DNA of 64,000 bases from Candidatus Aminicenantales bacterium (GTDB lineage: Bacteria > Acidobacteriota > Aminicenantia > Aminicenantales > Saccharicenantaceae), in contig JBEKXF010000004.1 in the NCBI GenBank assembly GCA_049512315.1, forward strand, positions 89,144 through 153,143, read 5' to 3'. This document shows positions 53,201 through 62,826 of this stretch, one piece after another. Below the pieces are notes generated by a model, which saw only the letters and a list, made by a program, of their open reading frames with translations, had not been told where the DNA came from and ran no database searches. The translations under genes and the position numbers were made by a program. The stretch's first letter is position 1; each line of letters opens with the position of its first letter.

Positions 53201-53320
53201 GCCCCGGCGCCCCTAATACAGGGCCTCCGGCGGCCTCGAAAGAAGCCTGATAGAGAAAAATCTACAATACTTAGTATTCAGAGACCTAGAGAGCACGAGA
53301 TTTAGGGAGCCAAAAAGATT

Positions 53321-53518
53321 TTAATTGGGCCGGAAAAATACAAGGCCGTCGAGCCCCCTCGACTCGAGTTCGGAGGCGATGAGCTTGTCTAGGGCCTGGA
53401 TGTCTACCCCTGGGGATTTGGCGGGAGCTTGGGGAGCGGGTGTCTGGCTGAGCACTAGGTTTCCAGCCCAGAGCGCGGCCAATAGACCTAACAGGATAAT
53501 GATGCGGGACGATTTCAT
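53321..53518 (-). pseudogene. Truncated exported protein (probable serine-hydrolase N-terminus)
   Basis: GGAGG SD, signal peptide, DIQALDKLIASELESRGLDGL, then abrupt switch to AT-rich DNA and stop. Confidence 0.6.
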
Positions 53519-53617
53519 ATTCGCCTCCGTAACTGATCTCAAAACTGCCGGGATTCTACCACTTCTCGGCGCCGGAACTCGAGACCGAAGGCCGCTTCAG
53601 GAAACGCCGTCTCGCCT

Positions 53618-54970
53618 TCAGAGTTTCCGGAAAGCCATCGGGCTTCCCTCAGGCCATTGCCAGGACATACTCACGACCTTTCCGGAAGAGTCGCGCCCGA
53701 AGCGGACCGTGGCATATTCGTAGCGGAAAAAGAACTCATCGTTCCCGGTCGGAATGAGCGCCCGCCGGAATGGGAATTGACCCCAGCGCATGTAAAGCGT
53801 CCCATCCTGCACGGCTAGGGTTTGATGGTAAGGGATGGCGTCCGAGGCGTATTCGCCCGCATAGTCCTGGAGTTTCCGCACCTCGAGTTCGACGGGGACG
53901 ACCGCGGGTGGCCGCGTTGTCTCTCCGCTGAACAGCACCTTCTCCAGGTCTTTGGGGACCCTGTTGAACAGGCCCGACTGAATATTCCCGAGAACGACGG
54001 CATAGATATGCTCCCCGGGGTAGAGCGCGATGTGGGCATTGAATCCTTCCACGATCCCGGACTGCTCGATTAAGGCCCGTCCCGAATAGTTACGCTTCCC
54101 CCAGCCATACGGGTATCGCCAGCGGTCGACCTTGAAGGAGGGATTGGAATCCACCGCCCGCAGCCAAGAAAGCAAGTCACGGACGTTGGAATAGGCCGAT
54201 CCCGATCCTATCTCCGCGGCCTCGTTAGCCGGGAGTCCGACCACGGCATTCCTGGCTATCCCCGGAACATGGCCGGCGGCGTCCGGTCCCGGAGGCAGGT
54301 CCTTGCAGGCGATCCCGGAGCTCTTCATGCCCAGCGGGCTGAAAATGTTATCGCGCAGGAATTGCTCATAGGACGCCCCCGAGACCTTTTCGATGATCAA
54401 CGCGAGAAGGAAGTAACCTTCGTTGCTATACTGGTCATCCTTGCCGGGCGGGAACAAGGGCTTAGCGTCCCTGAGACGCCGAAGGAGTTCCGCCGAAGGC
54501 AGGCAATCGATGTATCGATCGGGCGTGTCCACGACGCCGATGCCGGACTTGTGAAGGAGCAGTTGCTCGACGGTGATGACGTCGCCGTTGGCGATGCCGG
54601 ATACATAGCGGCCCAGCGTGTCCCGCAGCCCGAGCCTTCCGCGCATGACGAGGAGTTCTATGCAGGCCGCCGTGTAAGTCTTCGTGAGGGAGGCTATGCG
54701 GAAGCGGGTTTCGATGGTGTTAGGGACGTCACGGACGAAGTCCGCCTTTCCGTAGGTCTTCTCCGCCAGGATGCGATCACCCTGGGCGATCAAGACGACG
54801 CCGCTGAAGTCGCTATCCGCCTCGTATGCCGCCAGCCACTTATCGGCACGATCGGAGACGCCGCAGGCTTCGAGGGCTGTTTGGGCTCGCGCGGGGAGGG
54901 CCGCGGCCGCGATCACGAAAGCGGCCACCCAACATGCCGCGAGCAACTCAGGACAATGTGACCCCTTCAT
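53618..54970 (-). CDS. Serine hydrolase (beta-lactamase family) with C-terminal beta domain
   Basis: SLTK, LLLHKSG, YSN; HSG-type motif replaced by QSG. Confidence 0.87.
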   Translation of the reverse strand: MKGSHCPELLAACWVAAFVIAAAALPARAQTALEACGVSDRADKWLAAYEADSDFSGVVLIAQGDRILAEKTYGKADFVRDVPNTIETRFRIASLTKTYTAACIELLVMRGRLGLRDTLGRYVSGIANGDVITVEQLLLHKSGIGVVDTPDRYIDCLPSAELLRRLRDAKPLFPPGKDDQYSNEGYFLLALIIEKVSGASYEQFLRDNIFSPLGMKSSGIACKDLPPGPDAAGHVPGIARNAVVGLPANEAAEIGSGSAYSNVRDLLSWLRAVDSNPSFKVDRWRYPYGWGKRNYSGRALIEQSGIVEGFNAHIALYPGEHIYAVVLGNIQSGLFNRVPKDLEKVLFSGETTRPPAVVPVELEVRKLQDYAGEYASDAIPYHQTLAVQDGTLYMRWGQFPFRRALIPTGNDEFFFRYEYATVRFGRDSSGKVVSMSWQWPEGSPMAFRKL

Positions 54971-55113
54971 GCTGGCCTCCTTGGTGGGTCAAGCGCAACG
55001 CGCACGGCTGCCGCCATCCCTCCGCGTTTGAAGTTCTCAGGATCCAGAAATAATACTCTGTTTTTCGGGAAACGTTGCCGGGAGCGGGCAGCAAGCACCC
55101 GTTTTGCCGCGAG

Positions 55114-55518
55114 CTAGCCCTTGAAGAAATACTTGATCTCCCATTCGGCAGTTTCCCGCGCGTCCGACCCGTGGGTGGCGTTCCGCTCGATGGAGAACCC
55201 GTAGGTGTGGCGGAGGGTGCCGGGCTTGGCCAGGGCGGGGTCCGTGGCCCCCATGACCTCCCTCCAGTGGTTGATGGCGTCCTCGCCTTCGAGGACCATG
55301 AGGACGACCGGCCCCGACGACATGAACTCGGTCAGGCTGGCGTAGAATTTCTTTTCCTTGTGGACGATGTAGAACCCCTTGGCCTCTTCCGGGGTCAGGT
55401 GGGCCATCCTGAGCCGGCAGATCCTGAAGCCCTCGTCCTCGATCCGCTGGATGATCTTCCCCACGATCTTCTTCTTGACGGCGTCGGGCTTGATGATGGC
55501 CAGGGTCTTCTCGTTCAT
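55114..55518 (-). CDS. ndk: Nucleoside diphosphate kinase
   Basis: EKTLAIIKPDAV, FMSSGP, PGTLR, NATHGSD. Confidence 0.98.
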   Translation of the reverse strand: MNEKTLAIIKPDAVKKKIVGKIIQRIEDEGFRICRLRMAHLTPEEAKGFYIVHKEKKFYASLTEFMSSGPVVLMVLEGEDAINHWREVMGATDPALAKPGTLRHTYGFSIERNATHGSDARETAEWEIKYFFKG

Positions 55519-55582
55519 GGTCGCTCCTCGGCGGCGAATTCCCTTTTCATATATCGTAACCCGGAGCACGAGTCAACCGTGT

Positions 55583-55612
55583 TTGACAGGCGCGGGAGCC
55601 TGCCGTTACAAT
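55583..55612 (+). promoter_or_regulatory. sigma70 promoter divergent from ndk
   Basis: TTGACA-18-TACAAT; overlaps ORF-track ATG 55611, so the true start is probably 55623. Confidence 0.7.
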
Positions 55613-55622
55613 GATTTCGTTC

Positions 55623-56336
55623 ATGGACAAGGCGGAGAACTATCAGCGGCTGAAATTCCAGGCCCTGGAATGGGGGTTCGAGCTTTTCGGCGTCGCCGAC
55701 GTCACCAAGCTCCGGGCTGAGTTTGCCCTCGCTCCCAAAACCGCCAAGAAATTCGGGCTGGCCATATCGCTCGGGAAGCGCCTCAACGACGCGGTCATGG
55801 ACGACATCCAGGACCGGCCGACACCGCTCTATTTTCATCACTATCGCCAGATTAACTTTTTTCTGGACCGGGGCGCCCTGCTCCTCGCCGACCGCATCCA
55901 GAGCATGGGGTTCGCGGCCATCCCGATCGCGGCCTCGCAGATCGTCGATTGGGAGAAGCAGAGGGCCCACGTCTCCCACAAGCACGTCGGGGCCAAGGCC
56001 GGCCTGGGCTGGATCGGCCGCAACAACCTCCTCGTCAACCCCGGCCTCGGGGCGCGCTTCCGGCTGGTCACGGTGCTGACGGACCTGCCGCTTTCGACGG
56101 ACAGGGCGTTGAGGGACGGCTGCGGCGCCTGCCGGGCCTGCCTTGCGGCCTGCCCCGCCGGGGCCATCAAGGAGACGCGCGAGGAGTTCGACCACATGGC
56201 CTGCTGCGAAAAGCTCAAGGAATTCCAGAAGCTCAAGCTCGTGAGCCAATTCATCTGCGGCGTCTGCGTCAAGGCCTGCCGGGGCCCGGTCAGCCACGCG
56301 CGGGACAAGCGGAAAGGCAGCCAGGGCAAAGCTTGA
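55623..56336 (+). CDS. QueG/reductive-dehalogenase-like 2x[4Fe-4S] protein
   Basis: SHKHVGAKAGLGWIGRNNLL, RLVTVLTD, CGACRACLAACP, CGVCVKAC. Confidence 0.8.
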   Translation: MDKAENYQRLKFQALEWGFELFGVADVTKLRAEFALAPKTAKKFGLAISLGKRLNDAVMDDIQDRPTPLYFHHYRQINFFLDRGALLLADRIQSMGFAAIPIAASQIVDWEKQRAHVSHKHVGAKAGLGWIGRNNLLVNPGLGARFRLVTVLTDLPLSTDRALRDGCGACRACLAACPAGAIKETREEFDHMACCEKLKEFQKLKLVSQFICGVCVKACRGPVSHARDKRKGSQGKA

Positions 56337-56395
56337 TCGTGACCCAAAAAACGCCGTCGCGGACGAAGACCCTGCCGTCGCATTGGGCGCTCGTG

Positions 56396-56992
56396 ATGGC
56401 GCGGGGCGCGAAAAGGACCGCCCTCGGCCTCCTGCTCTCTCTATTGATCCTCGGAACCGGTGCTTGTCAGACGCAGCCCCGGCCCGACAAGTGGGCCCAG
56501 CGGGTTCCTTCGGCGACGCTCAAAGACTGGTACGAACTCGACGCCGACGTCTACCGCTCAGAGCAGCCGACGCGTCAGGGGTTCGAGGAGGCCCGGGCAA
56601 AAGGCATCAAGTCGATCGTCAACCTGCGGCACGACCATTCCGACGCCGCCCTGGTCGAGGGACTGGGGTTCGAGCTCGTGGAAATTCCCATGAGGGCCTG
56701 GAGCGTCTCGGAAGAGGACATCGTCAAGGCGCTGAGGGCCATCCAAGCCGTCCCGAAGCCCGTCCTCGTTCACTGCCAGTATGGCGCCGACCGTTCGGGG
56801 GTCGTCCTGGCCATGTATCGCGTCGTTATCCAGAATTGGACGAAAGAGGACGCCCTAGCCGAGATGACCAAGGGGGGCTTCGGATTTCACTTTTTTTACT
56901 TCAATCTCCCGGCGTTCGTTACGAACGCCGACGTGGCGAGGATCAGGGAGAAGCTGAAACCCCCCGGTCTCACGAATCGTGCTGGCGGATGA
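56396..56992 (+). CDS. Lipoprotein protein-tyrosine/dual-specificity phosphatase
   Basis: Lipobox TGAC; [24 protein letters not shown] (CX5R). Confidence 0.85.
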   Translation: MARGAKRTALGLLLSLLILGTGACQTQPRPDKWAQRVPSATLKDWYELDADVYRSEQPTRQGFEEARAKGIKSIVNLRHDHSDAALVEGLGFELVEIPMRAWSVSEEDIVKALRAIQAVPKPVLVHCQYGADRSGVVLAMYRVVIQNWTKEDALAEMTKGGFGFHFFYFNLPAFVTNADVARIREKLKPPGLTNRAGG

Positions 56993-58001
56993 GCTCTTCG
57001 ACTTTCTTGACGAGCGCCATGTCCCCGATGAAGAGGGGAGTCCGCTGGTGGAGCGATTCGGGCTGGATGTCCAGGATTCGACCGCGGCCGTCCGAGGCCC
57101 ACCCGCCCGCCTGCTCGGCGATGAAGGCCAGCGGCGCGGCCTCGTAGAGCAAGCGCAGCTTTCCTGTCTTCGCCTTCGGGTCCCTGTCGTCGGCCGGGTA
57201 GTAAAACACGCCTCCCGCGAGCAGGTTCCGGTGGAAATCGGAGACGAGCGTCCCGATATACCGAAGCGACAATGCCGTGACCCCTCCTTCCCGCCCCTGG
57301 AGGTACTCCGTGTAGCGCTGGACGCCGCGGCTCCAGTGCAGCTGGTAACCGAGGTTGACGCTGAAATACTTGGCCGGGGAAGGGATCCGGATGTTGGGAT
57401 GGGAGAGAATGAACTCGCCCACCGACGGGTCGAGGGTGAAGCCGTGGACGCCGTTCCCGGTCGTGTAGATAAACATCGTGCTCGTCCCGTAGGCGATGTA
57501 GCCCGCGGCGACCAGGTTCCGCCCCGGCTGGAGAAATTCGTCCAGCGTCACCGGGCCTTCCTCGCGCGTCCGCTTGTAGATCGCGAAGATCGTGCCGATG
57601 GGCATGTTGAAATCCACGTTGGAAGAGCCGTCCAGGGGGTCGTAGAGCAGGAGGTACTTGCCCTTCGGATATTTGTCCGGGATCGGCATGAACTCGGCGT
57701 TTTCCTCGGAGGCGAGGCCGGCCAGCCGGCCGGTGTGGTCGGTGAGGCGGAGGATCGTGATGTCGGCGAAGCTGTCGAGCTTCATCACCTGCTCGCCCTG
57801 AACGTTGACCTCCCCGGTCCGGCCCAGGATCTCGGCCAGGCCCGCGCGGGTCGTCTTGCTGGCGATGACCTTGCCGGCCAGGGCGATGTCGTAAAGCAGG
57901 TTCGTCAGGGCGCCGGTGGCCTCGGGATGGAAGAGCTGCCCCTCGAGGATGTGGCGCTCGATGGTGATGATGTTGGGATGGTTGATCAGATTATTTGCCA
58001 T
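56970..58001 (-). CDS. fbp: Fructose-1,6-bisphosphatase class 1
   Basis: [42 protein letters not shown]. Confidence 0.97.
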   Translation of the reverse strand: MANNLINHPNIITIERHILEGQLFHPEATGALTNLLYDIALAGKVIASKTTRAGLAEILGRTGEVNVQGEQVMKLDSFADITILRLTDHTGRLAGLASEENAEFMPIPDKYPKGKYLLLYDPLDGSSNVDFNMPIGTIFAIYKRTREEGPVTLDEFLQPGRNLVAAGYIAYGTSTMFIYTTGNGVHGFTLDPSVGEFILSHPNIRIPSPAKYFSVNLGYQLHWSRGVQRYTEYLQGREGGVTALSLRYIGTLVSDFHRNLLAGGVFYYPADDRDPKAKTGKLRLLYEAAPLAFIAEQAGGWASDGRGRILDIQPESLHQRTPLFIGDMALVKKVEELIRQHDS

Positions 58002-58168
58002 GGCCTCCTCCTTTGGTTCCCCGCAGGTCTTCAGCGTAACACGGTTCCGGGCGCCGTTCAAGGCCCGGGGGCCGGCCTTAGAATTCCGCAGGGATTCCGC
58101 CTTCGCTCTGCGTTTGAAAACGGGATCCAGATATTATATAGTCGGGTCATCGGGGGCCGGTTACGGGA

Positions 58169-60556
58169 ATGAAAAGAACGCCCTTTATCCTCTGGGTCGT
58201 CTGCGGGGCGTTCGTCATATTCTGGAGCATTGCCGGCTTCATCAACCTGAGGAGCCGGCCCGGGATCCCGGATGAGCTGACCGCGGGTGCCGGAATCAAG
58301 GTCGTCCGGGTCGGCCCGCTGGAGGTTGAAACCCCGCACGATCTCGAGTTCATGCTGAGCCAGAAGAAGATCGGCGACCCGGTCGCCGTCGGCCTGCTCA
58401 AGAACGGCCGGGAGGAGACGGTCGAGACGAGGCTCGTGCCCTATTATTCCCAGGCGCCGTTCCCCGTCATCTTCCTGGTGATCGGGGTCTTCGGGTTCCT
58501 GATCGGCCTGGGCGTGTTCGGGGTGCGGTCCGGGGACCCGGCCGCCCGGCTGTTTTACTGGCTATGCTTGGCCTTCGCCTCGGCCGTGATGGTCAGCGGG
58601 GACGTGTACGGCGTCCACGACAGGGGCCTGAGCCTGCTCCCGGGGGTCCTCTTCAACCTGGCCTACCCCCTCGCCCCCGCCATTCTCTGGCGCTTCACCC
58701 GGACGTTCTCGGTTTTCCGGGAAAAAGCCTGGTTCTACTTTTTCTGGGCGGTCCCCATCGGTTTCAGCGGGCTCCTCAACGCCGGGTTCCTGTATTCTCA
58801 GCTCAAGCCGTCCATCGGCGCCTTCCGGCTTTCGATCCGCTATTTCCCGGTTTTCCGGGCGTATGTCGTCCTCGTCTGCATCGCCGCCGTGGTCGAGCTC
58901 GTTCGCGCCTTCCGGAGGTCGGATTCCGAAGAGGTCAGGGCCCAGATCAAATGGGTCTTCCTGGGGACGGCGGCGGGACTCGGCCCGTTCATCCTGCTCT
59001 ACCAGATCCCCCAGGTCATCGGGGGAAGCGCGATTTTGTCCGAGGACATCTCGAGCGCGTTTTTCTTCGTCATCCCCGTGGCCATGGCCATCGCCATCCT
59101 GAAGTTCCGGCTGATGCACGTCAACCTGGTCATCAACCGGGGCCTGGTCTATTCGCTGCTGACTATGCTGACGGTCGGCATCTATTTCGTGTCTGCCGAG
59201 ATCCTGGGGCACGTGTTCGCCCGGGAGTCCATGGTCCGGTCGGACTGGGTCACCCTGGGCGCCGCAATCGTCGCCGCCGTGCTTTTTCAGCCCGGCAGGA
59301 AGTGGATCCAGCTCCTCGTGGACAGGACATTTTTCCGCCGGACCTACGATTACCGTAAGGCCGTCCTGAATTTCAGCACGCGGGCCCAGAAGATCATGAG
59401 CCCCGGGGATCTCGTCTCCGACTTCGTCCGGGCCGTCTCCGAGGCGCTCCCCTTGGAGAGGATCGGGGTCCTGGTAGAGGCGTCGGTCGAGGGGGTGCAG
59501 CGGCACATCCTCAGCAACGGGCTGGATACGGAGACCGCGCGGGCGTTCCTCGCCCTTCCGGCGCCGGCCGCGGGGTCGTGGGCCAGGGAAGAGGCCGTCC
59601 GGACCTCGCAGGGGATGGATTTCTCGAAGCGGCGCCTGCTGAAGACGCTCGGTCTGGAGATCGTGACCCCCCTGCCGTTTGGGGCCGGGCCGCTCACGGG
59701 CTGGCTGGCGCTCGGCCGCAAGAGATCGGGCCTGAGGTTCACGGGGGACGACCTGGAGCTCCTCGAGACTCTGGCCGCGGAGCTGGCCGCGGGACTCCAG
59801 AAGATCCGGCTGCAGGAGGAGGTCTTCCAAGAGCGGGCCTCCCGGGAGAAGGCCGACGAGCTCAACCGCCTGAAGACCGAATTCATCTCCTCCGTCTCCC
59901 ACGAGCTCCGGACCCCGATGACCTCGATCCAGAGCCTGTCCGAGCTCCTCCGGTCGGGCAAGGTCCCGGACGGATCCCAGAGGGAGCGGCTCCTCGAGCT
60001 CATGTCCGGCGAATGCGGCCGCCTGTCGAGGTTCATCCACAACGTCCTCGATTTCGGGAAGATCGAACAGGAGGCCAAGCTCTACGACTTGCGGACGGCG
60101 CCCCTCCAGCCGCTCATCCGGGAGGTGATCGACCTTTTCCGGCCGGGGGCGGCGGGCGAAGGTCCCGTCCTCCGGACCGAAATGCCCGAAGAGTCCGTTC
60201 TCCTCGAAGCGGATCAGGACGCCGTCCGCCAGGCCTTGTTGAACCTGGTGGATAATGCTATAAAGTATAGCGGTGGGCGGAGGGAAGTCACCGTCCGGCT
60301 CGTTCCCGCGAACGACAGCGTGGAGATCCAGGTGGAAGACAGGGGGATCGGCATCGAACCCGAGGACAGGGAGAGGATCTTCGAGGCGTTCTTCCGTTCC
60401 CCCCGATCGGCCCATCACAACCCCGAGGGGGTGGGACTCGGCCTGAAGATCGTCAAGCACATCATGGACGCCCATGGCGGGCGCATCGGCCTGCGGAGCG
60501 AGCCGGGCAAAGGAACGACCTTCAGCCTCATTTTTCCTTTAAGGCGGCCGTCATGA
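58169..60556 (+). CDS. Multi-TM sensor histidine kinase (PDZ-like, GAF, HisKA, HATPase)
   Basis: SHELRTP H-box, NLVDNAIKY, DRGIG, GVGLGL. Confidence 0.95.
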   Translation: MKRTPFILWVVCGAFVIFWSIAGFINLRSRPGIPDELTAGAGIKVVRVGPLEVETPHDLEFMLSQKKIGDPVAVGLLKNGREETVETRLVPYYSQAPFPVIFLVIGVFGFLIGLGVFGVRSGDPAARLFYWLCLAFASAVMVSGDVYGVHDRGLSLLPGVLFNLAYPLAPAILWRFTRTFSVFREKAWFYFFWAVPIGFSGLLNAGFLYSQLKPSIGAFRLSIRYFPVFRAYVVLVCIAAVVELVRAFRRSDSEEVRAQIKWVFLGTAAGLGPFILLYQIPQVIGGSAILSEDISSAFFFVIPVAMAIAILKFRLMHVNLVINRGLVYSLLTMLTVGIYFVSAEILGHVFARESMVRSDWVTLGAAIVAAVLFQPGRKWIQLLVDRTFFRRTYDYRKAVLNFSTRAQKIMSPGDLVSDFVRAVSEALPLERIGVLVEASVEGVQRHILSNGLDTETARAFLALPAPAAGSWAREEAVRTSQGMDFSKRRLLKTLGLEIVTPLPFGAGPLTGWLALGRKRSGLRFTGDDLELLETLAAELAAGLQKIRLQEEVFQERASREKADELNRLKTEFISSVSHELRTPMTSIQSLSELLRSGKVPDGSQRERLLELMSGECGRLSRFIHNVLDFGKIEQEAKLYDLRTAPLQPLIREVIDLFRPGAAGEGPVLRTEMPEESVLLEADQDAVRQALLNLVDNAIKYSGGRREVTVRLVPANDSVEIQVEDRGIGIEPEDRERIFEAFFRSPRSAHHNPEGVGLGLKIVKHIMDAHGGRIGLRSEPGKGTTFSLIFPLRRPS

Positions 60557-61236
60557 AGAAAATCCTGATCGTCGACGATGACCCCGTCATGCGGGAATCC
60601 CTGGCCACCGTTCTCGAGGCCGAAGGCTACAAGGTCTCGCGGGCGGCGGACGGGCAGGAGGGCCTCGCCAAGGCCCGGGAGGGGAGCTACGACCTCATCG
60701 GCCTCGACCTCGTCCTGCCCGAGCTCGGGGGGTTTGAGGTCTGCCGCAAGCTGAGGGAGGCCGGCGTCCAGACGCCGATCATCATCCTCACGGGGAAGAA
60801 GAAGGAGGAGGTCGACAAGGTCCTCGGGCTCGAGCTCGGCGCCGACGATTACATGATCAAGCCGTTCGGCACAAGCGAGTTCGTCGCCCGGGTCCACGCC
60901 GTCCTGAGAAGGGGAGAGCCGCGGCCGGACGCGCCCGAGGAGTACTCGTTCGACAGCGTCCACCTCAATTTCAAGAAGAAGACCGCCTCGAAGGCGGGCA
61001 AGGTCGTTCACCTGACGGCCAAGGAGTTCGGCCTGCTCGCCCTCCTCATCTCGCACGAGGGTGAGGTCGTGACCAGGGAAAAGATCCTCAACGAGGTCTG
61101 GGAATACGACCGCTTCCCGACGACCCGGACGATCGACACCTTCATGCACAACCTGAGGAAGAAGGTCGAGGACGACCCCGCCAGCCCGGTCCACCTGATC
61201 ACGGTGCCCTGGTCGGGGTACAAGTTCCAGAAATAG
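60553..61236 (+). CDS. OmpR-family response regulator
   Basis: ILIVDDD, LDLVLP, GADDYMIKPF, winged-helix TRTIDTFMHNLRKK. Confidence 0.96.
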   Translation: MKKILIVDDDPVMRESLATVLEAEGYKVSRAADGQEGLAKAREGSYDLIGLDLVLPELGGFEVCRKLREAGVQTPIIILTGKKKEEVDKVLGLELGADDYMIKPFGTSEFVARVHAVLRRGEPRPDAPEEYSFDSVHLNFKKKTASKAGKVVHLTAKEFGLLALLISHEGEVVTREKILNEVWEYDRFPTTRTIDTFMHNLRKKVEDDPASPVHLITVPWSGYKFQK

Positions 61237-61252
61237 GGGGCGCGGGAGCGCT

Positions 61253-62794
61253 TCAGCTTTTAGCCGGCTTCGTTTTCGGGAAGAAGGCCCTGACGATGCT
61301 CACGAGGGCGCAGGCCATGAACGCAGCGGTCGTCCAGCCCAACTCGGGTGGCCAGCTGGCTTCCGGGACGGTCGGCGGCAGCGGGAAGGGCCAAGAGGTA
61401 TAGAAGAAATAAATCCAGAGGCCCCCCGCGAACAGCCATAGGACAATCGCCCCCAGTGAAGTCGCCCCGGGGCCCAGCCTGAGACGCCGGCGCCCGGCCC
61501 TGACCTGGGCCATCAGCCGCCAGGCTGTCAACGCGGCGATCACTCCCAGCACCCCGGCCAGGATGAGCGCCGGAGCGATGAAAAAGCCGAAGGGGTCCTC
61601 GGTCGTCGGCTCGAGCCATTTAGGATCAAGCGCGATGTGCCTGCCGAGGGCGGCTTCCGCCCACAGCTCCAGCACGCTCAGCTTGAGCGGTTCGGCCTTG
61701 TCTGAGGCCGCGGCGACGACGACGCCGCTGCGCAGGCTCAGAGCCAGGGCGTAGATCGAGCACCAGCCGCTGCTGTGGCCGCCGTGCGTGATGTACGGCG
61801 TTCCGTTATCGAAAGCTTCGGTGGCATACCCCAGGCCGTAATATTTGTTGGTGCCGGGCTGGGGCGTCATCATCCACAGCAGTGTTTCGGGCCTCAGGAC
61901 GCCCCGCCCCGCCGGTTCGCCTCCGGGGCCGGGCCCGGCGGCCGCGATGAAGCGGGCAAACCCGTCGACACGATCCAGGTAATTGCCGATTCCCAAGGTG
62001 ACAAACCGGTAGAACGGCAGGGCGTCATGACGGAAGCCGTAGGGAGTGGGTGCGGCCGAGAGGCGCGCGGCGGTCCACTCCCAGCCTCCGGACAACCCCA
62101 GCGGGGCCAGGACCTCGCGCCGGATATAATCTGCATACGACTCGCCGGTGACGTCTTCAATGATCATCTGCAGGATGGTGTATCCGCCCCCGGAGTAATG
62201 GTAGCCGTCGCCCGGCTTCCAGGCGAGCCGCACCGCGCCGCTGATCTGGTTTTGCCCTTCCAGCACTTGTTTCAGGGTGGGCAGCGGCCGGCGGCGGGGG
62301 TCGTATCCGGCATACCCGTTGACCGTCAGCCCGGCCGTGTGGCTCAGCAGGCGGCGGACGGTCACTTCGTTCGGGTCAAATTCCGAGGGGGGGAGATGCC
62401 AGCGCTTGAGATATCGTTCGGCCGGAGCATCGAGCTCGATTTTGCCCGTCTCGACCAGGCGCATCACGCCCCAGGCAGTCAGGGCCTTGGCGGCGGAAGC
62501 GAAATTGAAGACCGCTTCCGGCCGGAGCGGCCGGCCGGTGCGGCGATCAGCCACTCCGTAGGCTTTCGTCCAGGCCACGGCGCCGTCCTGGATATAAGCG
62601 ACGACGGCCCCGGGGACATCGTACTTCGTCAGCAGTCCCGGCATCTTTTCGTCGAGCGCGAGGGCAAAAGGATCGACGGAGACGGCTTTGTCCGAAGCCG
62701 GAGCGGCCGCGATGCCGGGAAATGCGGCGCTTCCAACGAGGAACGCCAGGACGAGAACCGGTAGCCGGAGGCGCCTATATTGTTTTATCGGCAT
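61253..62794 (-). CDS. Serine hydrolase (beta-lactamase family) with C-terminal TM helices
   Basis: SAAK, LLSHTAG, YSG, HGG; three C-terminal hydrophobic segments. Confidence 0.85.
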   Translation of the reverse strand: MPIKQYRRLRLPVLVLAFLVGSAAFPGIAAAPASDKAVSVDPFALALDEKMPGLLTKYDVPGAVVAYIQDGAVAWTKAYGVADRRTGRPLRPEAVFNFASAAKALTAWGVMRLVETGKIELDAPAERYLKRWHLPPSEFDPNEVTVRRLLSHTAGLTVNGYAGYDPRRRPLPTLKQVLEGQNQISGAVRLAWKPGDGYHYSGGGYTILQMIIEDVTGESYADYIRREVLAPLGLSGGWEWTAARLSAAPTPYGFRHDALPFYRFVTLGIGNYLDRVDGFARFIAAAGPGPGGEPAGRGVLRPETLLWMMTPQPGTNKYYGLGYATEAFDNGTPYITHGGHSSGWCSIYALALSLRSGVVVAAASDKAEPLKLSVLELWAEAALGRHIALDPKWLEPTTEDPFGFFIAPALILAGVLGVIAALTAWRLMAQVRAGRRRLRLGPGATSLGAIVLWLFAGGLWIYFFYTSWPFPLPPTVPEASWPPELGWTTAAFMACALVSIVRAFFPKTKPAKS

Positions 62795-62826
62795 GGAGGC
62801 TCCTTTTTCTTGCAGGGAATCCAGAT

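Larger units (their letters stand above)
44140..53340. mobile_element. Low-GC genomic island (no mobility gene seen)
   Basis: Spot counts about 32-52% GC vs about 70% in mfd; AT-rich codons; truncated gene at right edge. Confidence 0.7.
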
